Shown here piece after piece: positions 16,395 to 25,181 of a DNA stretch of 35,451 bases. A program made the translations under genes and the position numbers. Every line of letters begins with the position of its first letter. Positions within the stretch are counted from its first letter, which is position 1. Below the pieces are notes generated by a model. That model saw only the letters and a program-made list of their open reading frames with translations. It searched no databases and had not been told where the DNA came from. The stretch is from a virus (lineage: Duplodnaviria > Caudoviricetes). The stretch is taken from positions 1 through 35,451 of the IMG/VR virus record IMGVR_UViG_3300035006_000009, one strand, 5' to 3'.

Positions 16395-17858
16395 ATGACG
16401 CTCCCCTGGATGGCGGCGAAGATCCTGCTGCGTCCGCTGGCGGAGCTGCGTCCGCATGCCGGCAACGCCCGCGTCCACAGCGCCGAGCAGCTGGAGCAGA
16501 TCAAGGCCAGCATGCTGGCCTTCGGCTTCACCAACCCGCTGCTGGTGGACGAGGACGATGTGCTGATCGCGGGGCACGGGCGGCTCGAGGCCGCGTCGGC
16601 GCTCGGAATGGCCAAGGTGCCAGTCATCGTGCTGCGGCACCTGTCCGCCGCGCAGAAGGAGGCGCTGCGGCTCGCCGACAATCGCATCGCGGAGAACGCG
16701 ACCTGGGACCAGGCGCTGCTGCGTGATGCGCTGGCCGCGGTGCAGGCGGCGCAGGAGATCGACCTCGGCGCGCTCGGCTTCTCGGCGGATGAGCTCGCGG
16801 ACATCCTCGCAGCGGCTGGAGATGCCGTGTCCGACGGCGACGCGCCCGAGGCTCTGTCCGCGGATTCCGCCGAGGGGAATGGCGCGGCAGGCACCGACGA
16901 TGCGCCGGCGGACGACCCCGCCGACGCCGACCCGGAGCCGCCGCGCCAGGCCGTCACCCGCCCCGGCGACCTCTGGCTGCTCGGCGAGCACCGCCTGCTC
17001 TGCGGCGACAGCACCGACGCTACGAACCTGGCGCGCGTGATGCGTGAGGACCGCGCGGCGCTGCTCTTCACCTCCCCGCCCTACGGGAATCAGCGGGACT
17101 ACACGACCGGCGGCGTCACGGATTGGGATGCGCTGATGCAGGGCGTGTTCCAGCATCTCGACGCGGCCATGCGGCCGGACGGCCAGGTGCTGGTGAACCT
17201 CGGGCTGATCCATCGCGACAATGAATGGCAGCCCTATTGGGCCGCCTGGCTCGACTGGATGCGCGCCCGCGGCTGGCGGCGCTTCGGGCTCTACACCTGG
17301 GACCAGGGGCCTGGCCTGCCCGGAGACTGGAACGGGCGGCTGTCGCCCGCCTTCGAGCTCCTGTTCCACTTCAATCGCGAGGCCCGGCGCCCGAACAAGA
17401 TCATCCCCTGCCGCTGGGCGGGGCACGTCAACTCGGAGAAGGGTGGCCTCCGCGCCAAGGACGGCACGGTCGGCGAATGGCAGCATGCCGGCCAGGGCGT
17501 GCAGGAGACCCGGATCCCGGACAACGTGCTGCGCATCACGCGGCACAAGGCCCGTGGCATCGAGACGGAACATCCCGCGGTGTTCCCCGTCGCGCTGCCG
17601 GACTTCCTGATGCGGGCCTATGCCGATGAGGGCGACGTGGTGTTCGAGCCCTTCGCTGGCGCCGGCACCACCATCATAGCCGGCCAGCGCACCGGCCGCC
17701 GCGTGCGGGCGATCGAGCTCGCGCCGGCCTATGTCGATCTGGCCGTGGCACGGTGGCGCATGCTGCATCCTGACCTGCCGGTGACGCTGGCGGACGACGG
17801 TCGCGATTACGACGCCGTGGCCGCGGCGAGGCAGGAGGTCACCGCCAGTGCAGCCTGA
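16395..17858 (+). CDS. ParB-N domain plus beta-class DNA methyltransferase (SPPY, N4-cytosine type)
   Basis: IAGHGRL, LRLADNRI, FTSPPY, HPAVFP, FEPFAGAGTT. Confidence 0.92.
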   Translation: MTLPWMAAKILLRPLAELRPHAGNARVHSAEQLEQIKASMLAFGFTNPLLVDEDDVLIAGHGRLEAASALGMAKVPVIVLRHLSAAQKEALRLADNRIAENATWDQALLRDALAAVQAAQEIDLGALGFSADELADILAAAGDAVSDGDAPEALSADSAEGNGAAGTDDAPADDPADADPEPPRQAVTRPGDLWLLGEHRLLCGDSTDATNLARVMREDRAALLFTSPPYGNQRDYTTGGVTDWDALMQGVFQHLDAAMRPDGQVLVNLGLIHRDNEWQPYWAAWLDWMRARGWRRFGLYTWDQGPGLPGDWNGRLSPAFELLFHFNREARRPNKIIPCRWAGHVNSEKGGLRAKDGTVGEWQHAGQGVQETRIPDNVLRITRHKARGIETEHPAVFPVALPDFLMRAYADEGDVVFEPFAGAGTTIIAGQRTGRRVRAIELAPAYVDLAVARWRMLHPDLPVTLADDGRDYDAVAAARQEVTASAA

Positions 17859-19011
17859 TCTCGTCGTTTCCGCTCTGCCGGTCGCTTCCCTCGTGCCCTA
17901 TGCCGAGAATGCGCGCACGCATTCGCCGTCCCAGGTGGCGCAGATCGCCGCCTCCATCGCCGAGGTCGGCTTCGTGAACCCCGTGCTGGTGGACGCAGAC
18001 GGCGTGCTAATCGCCGGCCACGGCCGCGTCATGGCGGCGAAGCAGATCGGGCTGGCCGCCCTGCCGGTGCTGCGGCTTGGCCATCTCTCCCCCGCACAGG
18101 CGCGTGCGCTGCGCCTGGCAGACAACCAGATCGCGCTGAACTCCGGCTGGGACGAGGCGCTGCTCGCCGCTGAGATCGCCCGCATCCGCGACGAGGCGGT
18201 GGTCGATCTGGACGTGCTCGGCTTCTCGGGCATGGAGCTCGATCGGCTGCTGGCGGCTGCCGATGCCGGCCTGGGCGAGGATGCCGACGACGCCCCGCCA
18301 CCGCCCGTGGTGCCCGTCACTCGCACCGGCGACCTTTGGCGCTGCGGGGAACACCGCTTGCTGTGCGGCGATGCCACCCAGATCGAGGACGTGCAGCGTG
18401 CCCTTGGCGCCGGCTACCTGGCCGACATGGGCTTTGTCGATCCGCCCTACAACGTGGCCTACGAAGGCGGCACCGCCGCCAAGATGACCATCGCCAATGA
18501 CGCGCTGGGCGGCGGCTTTCCGGAGTTCCTCCGTCCCGCGCTGGCCAACCTGCTCTCGGTCACGAAGGGCGCCTGCTACGTCTGCATGTCCTCCTCGGAA
18601 TGGCCGACGCTGCATCGCGTCTGGCAGGAGGCCGGCGCCCAGCACTATTGGTGCGGCGCCCGCGACCAGGGGAATGTCTGGCACTTCGATAAGCCGGCCA
18701 GGAACGACCTCCATCCGACCATGAAGCCGGTGGCGCTGGTCGAGCGTGCCATCCGCAACAGCAGCAAGCCGCGCGATACGGTGCTGGACTGCTTCGGCGG
18801 CTCGGGCACGACGATGATCGCCGCCGAACGCACGGGGCGACGCGCCGTGCTGCTGGAGATCGACCCTGCCTATGCCGACGTCATCGTGCGCCGCTGGCAG
18901 GAGACGACCGGCGAAGCCGCGGTTCTGGAGAGTGATGATCGCATCTTTGCCGATGTCGCCGCGGCCCGCGGCATCGTCGATCATGGTGTGATCCAACCCG
19001 CCGAATCATAG
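17848..19011 (+). CDS. ParB-N domain plus beta-class DNA methyltransferase (DPPY), apparently with an internal deletion
   Basis: IAGHGRV, FVDPPYNV, HPTMKP, LDCFGGSGTT; the IIW-K...E...YGW block expected after WQEAG is missing. Confidence 0.88.
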   Translation: MQPDLVVSALPVASLVPYAENARTHSPSQVAQIAASIAEVGFVNPVLVDADGVLIAGHGRVMAAKQIGLAALPVLRLGHLSPAQARALRLADNQIALNSGWDEALLAAEIARIRDEAVVDLDVLGFSGMELDRLLAAADAGLGEDADDAPPPPVVPVTRTGDLWRCGEHRLLCGDATQIEDVQRALGAGYLADMGFVDPPYNVAYEGGTAAKMTIANDALGGGFPEFLRPALANLLSVTKGACYVCMSSSEWPTLHRVWQEAGAQHYWCGARDQGNVWHFDKPARNDLHPTMKPVALVERAIRNSSKPRDTVLDCFGGSGTTMIAAERTGRRAVLLEIDPAYADVIVRRWQETTGEAAVLESDDRIFADVAAARGIVDHGVIQPAES

Positions 19012-19111
19012 CAATCTCACGACGCTGCATCTTGCTTGGCTCGTGCGCGCCACAGCGCGAATGGTCCGTCACACGCAGAGCACCCCGCACTGCACCACGA
19101 CGGAGACCAGC

Positions 19112-19348
19112 ATGACGGACCGCACCGCCCGCGCAGCCCGCAACCAGGAACGCAGCCTCGAAGCCTTCCTCGCCGAGAAGCCGCGCCTCGACGCGATGGT
19201 CGCCGAGCTTCAGCAGATGAGCGCGGACCACTTCGGCGCGGATCCCGAGACGGTGCTCTGGGGCGCGCATGCCAGCCTGCAGCACTGGAACAGCCTGCTG
19301 GCGCGGGTGACGGACTCCTACCTGAAGCGCGGCGAATCGGCCGAATGA
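19112..19348 (+). CDS. Small phage hypothetical protein (78 aa)
   Basis: GGAG before ATG; SLEAFL...LQQMSADHFG..PE.V.WG motif. Confidence 0.8.
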   Translation: MTDRTARAARNQERSLEAFLAEKPRLDAMVAELQQMSADHFGADPETVLWGAHASLQHWNSLLARVTDSYLKRGESAE

Positions 19349-19443
19349 AGCGGACCACTCCCGCACCGCCCCGACCGGCAGCGCCGGCGGGGCTCCCGGC
19401 AGTAGGGGCCGATGACCGGCGCCCGGAACCGGAGACCATCACG

Positions 19444-20301
19444 ATGACCAAGCTTTCCGACAGCCAGCGCGTGATCCTGAGCGCCGCCGCGCAGCACGAG
19501 ATGGGCCTCGCCCGCGCGCCGAAGACCCTGCCCGCCGCGGCCCGCAACGCGGTCTTCCGCAGCCTGATCAAGAACAACCTGCTGACCGAGATCAACGCCC
19601 CGCGGGACTTCGTCGGGTTGGGCTGGCGCCAGGACGAGGAAGGCACCTGGATCGTGGCGCGCATCACCGACGACGGGCTGCGCGCGATCGGCATTGACCC
19701 GAACGAGGGCGACGCGGGGGCCGGCGAGCCCGACTGCTCGGGCATCGAGGGCAGCGTGCCCCACACGGCGACGACGGGCGCGGAGGAGCCGGCGCCGCAG
19801 GGTGAGGACACCCCGCCGCCCGAAGCCACCCAGGCCGCACCCCTGGCGGAGGAAGTCGCCCTGCTCGACCAAGCCCTCGCAGCACGCGCCGCCACGCCCC
19901 GCGCCAGCCTGCGCGACACCGCCGCGGCGATCCTCGCCGCCTGGGATGACGAGGCAAACCGGGAGGGCGACATGATCGGCGCCCTGGACGCGCCGATGGA
20001 AGCCCTGCGCACCCTGCTAGCCGGCGAGCCCGCCCGCACGCCACGGGACGCCACCGCGCCACGCAAGCCGCGCGAGGGCACCAAGCAGGAGCAGGTGCTG
20101 GCGATGCTGCGCCGCCCCGAGGGCGCCACGGTCGCACAGATCGCCGAGGCGACGGGCTGGGCGCAGCACACGGTCCGCGGCTTCTTCGCCGGACTGAAGA
20201 AGAAGGGCCACGCGGTCGAGGTGAAGTCGCGCGAGCGGATGGTCGGCCCGAACAAGACGGGCGCGAAGGGCTCCTTCACCATCTACCACCTGCCGGCCTG
20301 A
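19444..20301 (+). CDS. DUF3489-like wHTH protein
   Basis: MTKLSDSQRVILSAA N-terminus; GTKQEQVLAMLRRPEGATVAQIAEATGWAQHTVRG. Confidence 0.88.
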   Translation: MTKLSDSQRVILSAAAQHEMGLARAPKTLPAAARNAVFRSLIKNNLLTEINAPRDFVGLGWRQDEEGTWIVARITDDGLRAIGIDPNEGDAGAGEPDCSGIEGSVPHTATTGAEEPAPQGEDTPPPEATQAAPLAEEVALLDQALAARAATPRASLRDTAAAILAAWDDEANREGDMIGALDAPMEALRTLLAGEPARTPRDATAPRKPREGTKQEQVLAMLRRPEGATVAQIAEATGWAQHTVRGFFAGLKKKGHAVEVKSRERMVGPNKTGAKGSFTIYHLPA

Positions 20302-20320
20302 CCACGGAGCCGGACACGTC

Positions 20321-20352
20321 GAGGGCTCGCCGCCGGACGGTAGCGGGCCCTT
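20321..20352 (+). terminator. Hairpin between DUF3489 gene and terS
   Basis: AGGGCTCGC...GCGGGCCCT followed only by TGCT; weak U-tract. Confidence 0.35.
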
Positions 20353-20391
20353 GCTCGTGATGACCATCACGTGCGGCGGGAGGTCGCCGCC

Positions 20392-20907
20392 ATGCCGGAA
20401 CTGACCGCCTCGACCCGCGAGGCTGCGCGGCGCCTCGGCGTCAGCGACACCGCCATCCACAAGGCCGAACGGGCCGGCCGGATTGCCCGCGAGCCGGACG
20501 GCCAATGGGATATCGACAAGACCCGCCGCCGCCTGACCGAGACCGCTGATCCCGCCCGCTCGCCCCTGGCCGGTGGCGCCGGCGCCGAGGGCACGCCCTT
20601 CGCCCGGCTGAAGGTCGCGCAGCTCGCGCTCAAGGTGGAGGCGCAGCGGCTCTCGCTCGACGAGACCAAGCGCCGCCTGCTCGATGTCACCGAGGCCAAT
20701 GCCGCGCTGGACGAGATCGGCAGCACGATGCGCAACGCGCTGCTGAACTGGCCCGCCCGCGTTTCCGGCCTGATCGCTGCCGAGATCAGCGTCGATCCGC
20801 ATCTGCTGCAGACCATCCTGCAGAGCCACATCAACGACCTGCTGACGGAGGCGGCCGATCGCTTCGATCCAGCAGGCCTCGGAGGGGACCGGTCTCCGCA
20901 GCCGTGA
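20392..20907 (+). CDS. terS: Terminase small subunit (Nu1-like)
   Basis: N-terminal wHTH, coiled coil, RNALLNWPARV; directly upstream of TerL; GGAGG ribosome site. Confidence 0.85.
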   Translation: MPELTASTREAARRLGVSDTAIHKAERAGRIAREPDGQWDIDKTRRRLTETADPARSPLAGGAGAEGTPFARLKVAQLALKVEAQRLSLDETKRRLLDVTEANAALDEIGSTMRNALLNWPARVSGLIAAEISVDPHLLQTILQSHINDLLTEAADRFDPAGLGGDRSPQP

Positions 20908-20932
20908 GCATGTCCGCCGGCGTGTCGGCGCG

Positions 20933-22846
20933 ATGCTCCGGCCGCCGCCGCAGCTCACCGTCTCGGAATGGGCGGAGCGGCACCGCATGCTCGGCAGCCG
21001 CGCATCGGCGGAACCGGGCCCCTGGCGGACCAGCCGCACGCCCTACCTCAAGGACGTGATGGACGCGCTCTCGGCCGTGCATCCGGCCCGGCGCGTCGTG
21101 TTCATGAAGGGCGCGCAGGTCGGGGCGACGGAAAGCGGCAACAACTGGCTGGGCTACATCATGCACCACGTGCCGGCACCGGCGCTGGCGGTGCAGCCGA
21201 CCGTCGAACTGGCCAAGCGCTTCTCGCGCCAGCGCATCGACCCGCTGCTGGAGGAGACACCGGCGCTGCGGGAGCGGGTCGCGCCCGCCCGCGCCCGCGA
21301 CAGCGGCAACACCATGCTGTCGAAGGAATTCCCCGGCGGCATCCTGGTGCTGACCGGGGCCAACAGCGCGGTCGGATTGCGCTCGATGACGGCGCGGTTC
21401 CTGTTCCTCGACGAGGTGGACGCCTATCCCGGCGACGTCGCCGGCGAGGGTGATCCGATTGCCCTGGCTGAGGCCCGGGCCCGAACCTTTGGCTGGCGGC
21501 GCAAGGCGTTCCTGGTCAGCACGCCCACCATCGCCGGCCGCAGCCGCATCGAGCGGGAATACCTCGCCTCCGATCAGCGGCGCTTCTTTGTGCCGTGCAC
21601 GGCGTGCGGCGAGATGCAGTGGCTGCGCTTCGAGCGGCTGATCTGGGAGAAGGGTGCGCCGGAGACGGCGCGCTATCACTGCTCGGGCTGCGACCATCCG
21701 ATGCAGGAGCACGACAAGACCGCGATGCTCGGGGACGGCGAGTGGCGCGCGACGGCCGAGGGCCAGGATCCGCACACGATCGGCTTCCACATCTCGGCGC
21801 TCTATTCGCCGGTGGGCTGGCTGTCCTGGGAGCAGATCGTGCGGGATTGGGAGGCCGCCCAAGGCAAGCCCGAGGACATCAAGACCTTCAAGAACACCGT
21901 GCTGGGCGAGACCTGGCAGGAGCAGGGCGAGGCCCCGGATTGGGAGCGGCTGGTCGAACGGCGCGAGGACTTTCCGATGGGCGTGGTCCCCACCGGCGCG
22001 CTGGTGCTCACCGCTGGCGTCGACGTGCAGGACGATCGCCTCGAGTGCGACGTGTGGGGCTGGGCGGAGGGTTTCTCGTCCTGGCTCGTGGACCACGTGG
22101 TGATCCCGGGCAGCCCGCGGGATCGCGCGCCCTGGGATGAGTTGGCCCGGGTGCTGGCGCGAGACTGGCCACGCCATGGCGGCGGTGCGATGCGCATTGC
22201 CCGGCTCTGCGTCGACACCGGCGGCCGGGACACGGCGGCGGTCTATGGCCATCTGCGCCGCCTGCGGGATCCGCGGATCGCGCCAACGAAGGGCATCGAC
22301 GGCTGGAACCGGGCACAGCCGGTGCAGGGCCCGACGCCGGTGGACGCGCTGGTCAATGGCCAGAAGCTGCGGCGCGGCCTGAAGCTCTGGACCGTCTCGG
22401 TATCGACCTGGAAGGCCGATCTCTATCGCCGGCTCTGGCTCGGCCGCGGCGACGCGGAGGAACTGCCGCCCGGTTGGGTGCATCTGCCGCGCGCAATCGA
22501 GGTGGAGTGGATCAAGCAGCTGGTCGCCGAGCAGCTGCGCACAACCAAGGACCGCCGCGGCTTCGCGCGGCAGGAATGGGCCAAGCTGCGAGAGCGGAAC
22601 GAGGCGCTGGACTGCGCGGTGCTGGCCCGCGCTGCGCTCTGGCTGCTCGGCGCCGATCGCTATGGCGAGCGGTTTTGGCAGCAGCTGCGCGACCAGATCG
22701 CCGATGCACCGCTTCTGCCGAGCGAACTTCCCACCGCAGGGAATGTCGCTGATCCATCACCACCATCGCAGGCCGCGCCGGCGCAGGCGCTCGACACCCA
22801 GCGCCCGCGGGGCTGGCTGGCGCCGCGCAGTGGCTGGCTTCGCTGA
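20933..22846 (+). CDS. terL: Terminase large subunit, lambda gpA family (true start may be upstream)
   Basis: PPPQLTVSEWA, RTPYL, KGAQVGATE, FLDEVD, STPT, GVDVQ, VDTGG, NEALDC. Confidence 0.97.
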   Translation: MLRPPPQLTVSEWAERHRMLGSRASAEPGPWRTSRTPYLKDVMDALSAVHPARRVVFMKGAQVGATESGNNWLGYIMHHVPAPALAVQPTVELAKRFSRQRIDPLLEETPALRERVAPARARDSGNTMLSKEFPGGILVLTGANSAVGLRSMTARFLFLDEVDAYPGDVAGEGDPIALAEARARTFGWRRKAFLVSTPTIAGRSRIEREYLASDQRRFFVPCTACGEMQWLRFERLIWEKGAPETARYHCSGCDHPMQEHDKTAMLGDGEWRATAEGQDPHTIGFHISALYSPVGWLSWEQIVRDWEAAQGKPEDIKTFKNTVLGETWQEQGEAPDWERLVERREDFPMGVVPTGALVLTAGVDVQDDRLECDVWGWAEGFSSWLVDHVVIPGSPRDRAPWDELARVLARDWPRHGGGAMRIARLCVDTGGRDTAAVYGHLRRLRDPRIAPTKGIDGWNRAQPVQGPTPVDALVNGQKLRRGLKLWTVSVSTWKADLYRRLWLGRGDAEELPPGWVHLPRAIEVEWIKQLVAEQLRTTKDRRGFARQEWAKLRERNEALDCAVLARAALWLLGADRYGERFWQQLRDQIADAPLLPSELPTAGNVADPSPPSQAAPAQALDTQRPRGWLAPRSGWLR

Positions 22847-22859
22847 GAGGAGGACGAGC

Positions 22860-23096
22860 ATGGATCCGACCGTCCTCGCCTGGGCGCTGGCGCAGCCTGT
22901 CAGCACCCGCGCCGCCGTCCTGGCCGCGGCCTTCACCGGCGGCACCACGCGCGTGACCTTCGACGGCCGCACCGTGGAATACCGCTCGCTGGATGAACTC
23001 GGCCGCGCCCTATCGGTGCTCCATGCCGCGGAGAACGCCGCCGCGCGCCGCCCCAGCGTGACCTTCGCCAGCTTCTCGCGCGAGGGCAGCAAGTGA
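22860..23096 (+). CDS. gpW-like head-tail joining protein
   Basis: GTTRVTFDGRTVEYRSLDEL; between terL and portal; GAGGAGG ribosome site. Confidence 0.88.
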   Translation: MDPTVLAWALAQPVSTRAAVLAAAFTGGTTRVTFDGRTVEYRSLDELGRALSVLHAAENAAARRPSVTFASFSREGSK

Positions 23097-24571
23097 TGGG
23101 GCGCCTTCGTGATGCCTGGCACGCCCTTCGTGGCTATGCCGCCGCGCAGGACAGCCGCGCCTCGAGCTGGGCGGCGTCGGGCAGCAGCGCCACGGCCGAG
23201 GTCGGTGCCGCAGCACCCACCGTCGCGCGCCGTGCCCGCGATGCCGTCCGCAACGACCCCTACGCCGCCCGCATCGTCGATCTCTGGACCGGCAATGCCG
23301 TCGGCGCCGGCATCACCACCCGCTGGCCGGACAAGCCGCATGCCGAAGCCTGGCGCCGCTGGTCCGACAGCACCGCCTGCGACGTAGAGGGGCGGCTCGA
23401 CCTCTATGGCCTCCAGGCGCTTGTGATGCGCGCGGTGGTCGAGAGCGGCGAGTGCTTCGTCCGCCTGCTGCCGGCCGGGATCACGCCCGCCAATCCGATC
23501 GGGCTGCGTCTCCAGGTGCTGGAGAGTGATCACCTCGACACGGCACGACAGGGCGTCATCGAGGGCATCCCCACGCTGCAGGGTATCGGCCTTGGCGAGG
23601 CCGGCGAGCCGGTCGGCTATTGGCTGCACCGCGTGCACCCCGGCGCCTCCTGGGTTCTGCCGGGTGGTGCCACCTGGTTGAGCAGCCAGCGCGTGCCAGC
23701 CCGCGACGTGCTGCACATCTATCGCAAGCGGCGCCCCGGCCAGCTGCGCGATGTCTCCTGGCTCGCCCCGGCGCTCACCCGCCTCCGCGATCTCGGCGAC
23801 TACGAGGCGGCGCTGCTCATGAAGGCCAAGATCGAGGCGTGCCTGGCGGCAGTCGTGTCGGAGGATGGTGACGAGGCCATGACCGGCCCGGCGTCGGGCC
23901 TGCTGCGCGACGCCCAAGGCCGCACGGTCGAGAGCTTCGAGCCGGGGATGATCCTCTATCGCCGCGGCATGGGCAGCGTCGAGGTGGTGAACCCGAGCGG
24001 CGGCGGCAGCCACGCCGCCTTCGCCCGTCGCGCGCTGGAAGCCTCCGCCGTCGGCACGGGCCTGACCTATGATCAGGTCGCCGGGGACCTCACCCAGGCG
24101 AACTACTCCAGCCTCCGCGCCGGCAAGATCGAGTTCCGCCGGCTCTGCGAGCAGGTTCAGTACGGCATGCTCATCCCGATGCTGGTGCGCCCCATCGCGG
24201 ATCGCTTTCACGCCCAGGGCGCACTGCTGGGCCTGTGGGGCGCCGACGTGCCCGATGGCCTGTCACACGTCCCACCCGCGCACGAGATGATCGATCCGCT
24301 CAAGGATACCACCGCGCTGATCGCGCAGGTGCGCGCCGGCTTCGTGCCGCAGCCCGAGGCGGTCGGCGCCTTCGGCTACGACTTCCGCCAGGTGGTCGAG
24401 ATGATCCGCGAGGCGAATACCCTGCTCGACGAGGCGGGGCTGTCGCTCGATACCGACCCGCGTCGTGTCGCGAAGTCCGGTGCGGCCCAAGACGCCGCAC
24501 AGATGGCAGCAATCGAGATCGCTGCCACTGGCGCCGTCACTCAGCCTTCGTCCGAATCGTCGTCATCCTGA
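23096..24571 (+). CDS. Lambda-family portal protein
   Basis: RARDAVRNDPYA, ESGECF, RPGQLR, GDLTQANYSSLRAG, IDPLKD. Confidence 0.95.
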   Translation: MGRLRDAWHALRGYAAAQDSRASSWAASGSSATAEVGAAAPTVARRARDAVRNDPYAARIVDLWTGNAVGAGITTRWPDKPHAEAWRRWSDSTACDVEGRLDLYGLQALVMRAVVESGECFVRLLPAGITPANPIGLRLQVLESDHLDTARQGVIEGIPTLQGIGLGEAGEPVGYWLHRVHPGASWVLPGGATWLSSQRVPARDVLHIYRKRRPGQLRDVSWLAPALTRLRDLGDYEAALLMKAKIEACLAAVVSEDGDEAMTGPASGLLRDAQGRTVESFEPGMILYRRGMGSVEVVNPSGGGSHAAFARRALEASAVGTGLTYDQVAGDLTQANYSSLRAGKIEFRRLCEQVQYGMLIPMLVRPIADRFHAQGALLGLWGADVPDGLSHVPPAHEMIDPLKDTTALIAQVRAGFVPQPEAVGAFGYDFRQVVEMIREANTLLDEAGLSLDTDPRRVAKSGAAQDAAQMAAIEIAATGAVTQPSSESSSS

Positions 24572-24891
24572 TCCCCGTCTTCATCTCCGTCAGCCAGAGG
24601 CGGAAAGAACCTGGCAAAAACTTCGGACGGGGGCCGACGATATCGCCGCAGGACGTCGACCTCCACACAAGGGAAGAGGTCATCTAGGTCGATGACCACG
24701 AGGCCCTTCTCAAGGGCGATGTCCTGCAACCGCTCGACAGTCGTAGCGTGCAGACGCTCGACGCGCAGAGCCTTCCTCAGCTGTTCGCGTGTCAGGCAGA
24801 AGCGTCCGCGCTCCTTGCCCCTGAACGATGCTTCGTAGACTTCAGCCCACAAAATCTGGGCAACTTTCTCGATCCATTCACGACTTGCCAT
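24541..24891 (-). CDS. Antisense moron gene, unknown function, acidic C-terminal tail
   Basis: 116 aa, GAGGA ribosome site, lower GC than flanks, own promoter candidate. Confidence 0.78.
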   Translation of the reverse strand: MASREWIEKVAQILWAEVYEASFRGKERGRFCLTREQLRKALRVERLHATTVERLQDIALEKGLVVIDLDDLFPCVEVDVLRRYRRPPSEVFARFFPPLADGDEDGDQDDDDSDEG

Positions 24892-24957
24892 TTTCAGTCC
24901 TCGTGCGGGGAAGATCGCCTACAGGCAACCCGGGATCGCCTCTGCGACCCTGGGGCA

Positions 24958-24987
24958 CCTATAAGCGACCAAAGCCCTATCCGTCAA
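24958..24987 (-). promoter_or_regulatory. Sigma-70-like promoter candidate for the moron
   Basis: TTGACG-N18-TATAGG on the minus strand. Confidence 0.5.
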
Positions 24988-25181
24988 TGAAAAGATCAGA
25001 TTCACGTATCTCCCGGTCACCATAACGATCCTGGGGCACGATTCAGGGGACTCTCTGGGTGGAATGGCACGGTTTTCCAGTACCGGCTTCCGAACTCCGC
25101 GGGCGGCGTTGCTAGTTGCACCGCGAGCAATGGCGATCGCCTAGCGAATGAGATTCATCATGCAATGAAAGGCACTTAGCC

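Noticed and set aside
16395-19011. Restriction-modification or partition system
   Set aside because: No endonuclease or ParA partner; ParB-methyltransferase fusions are common orphan phage genes.
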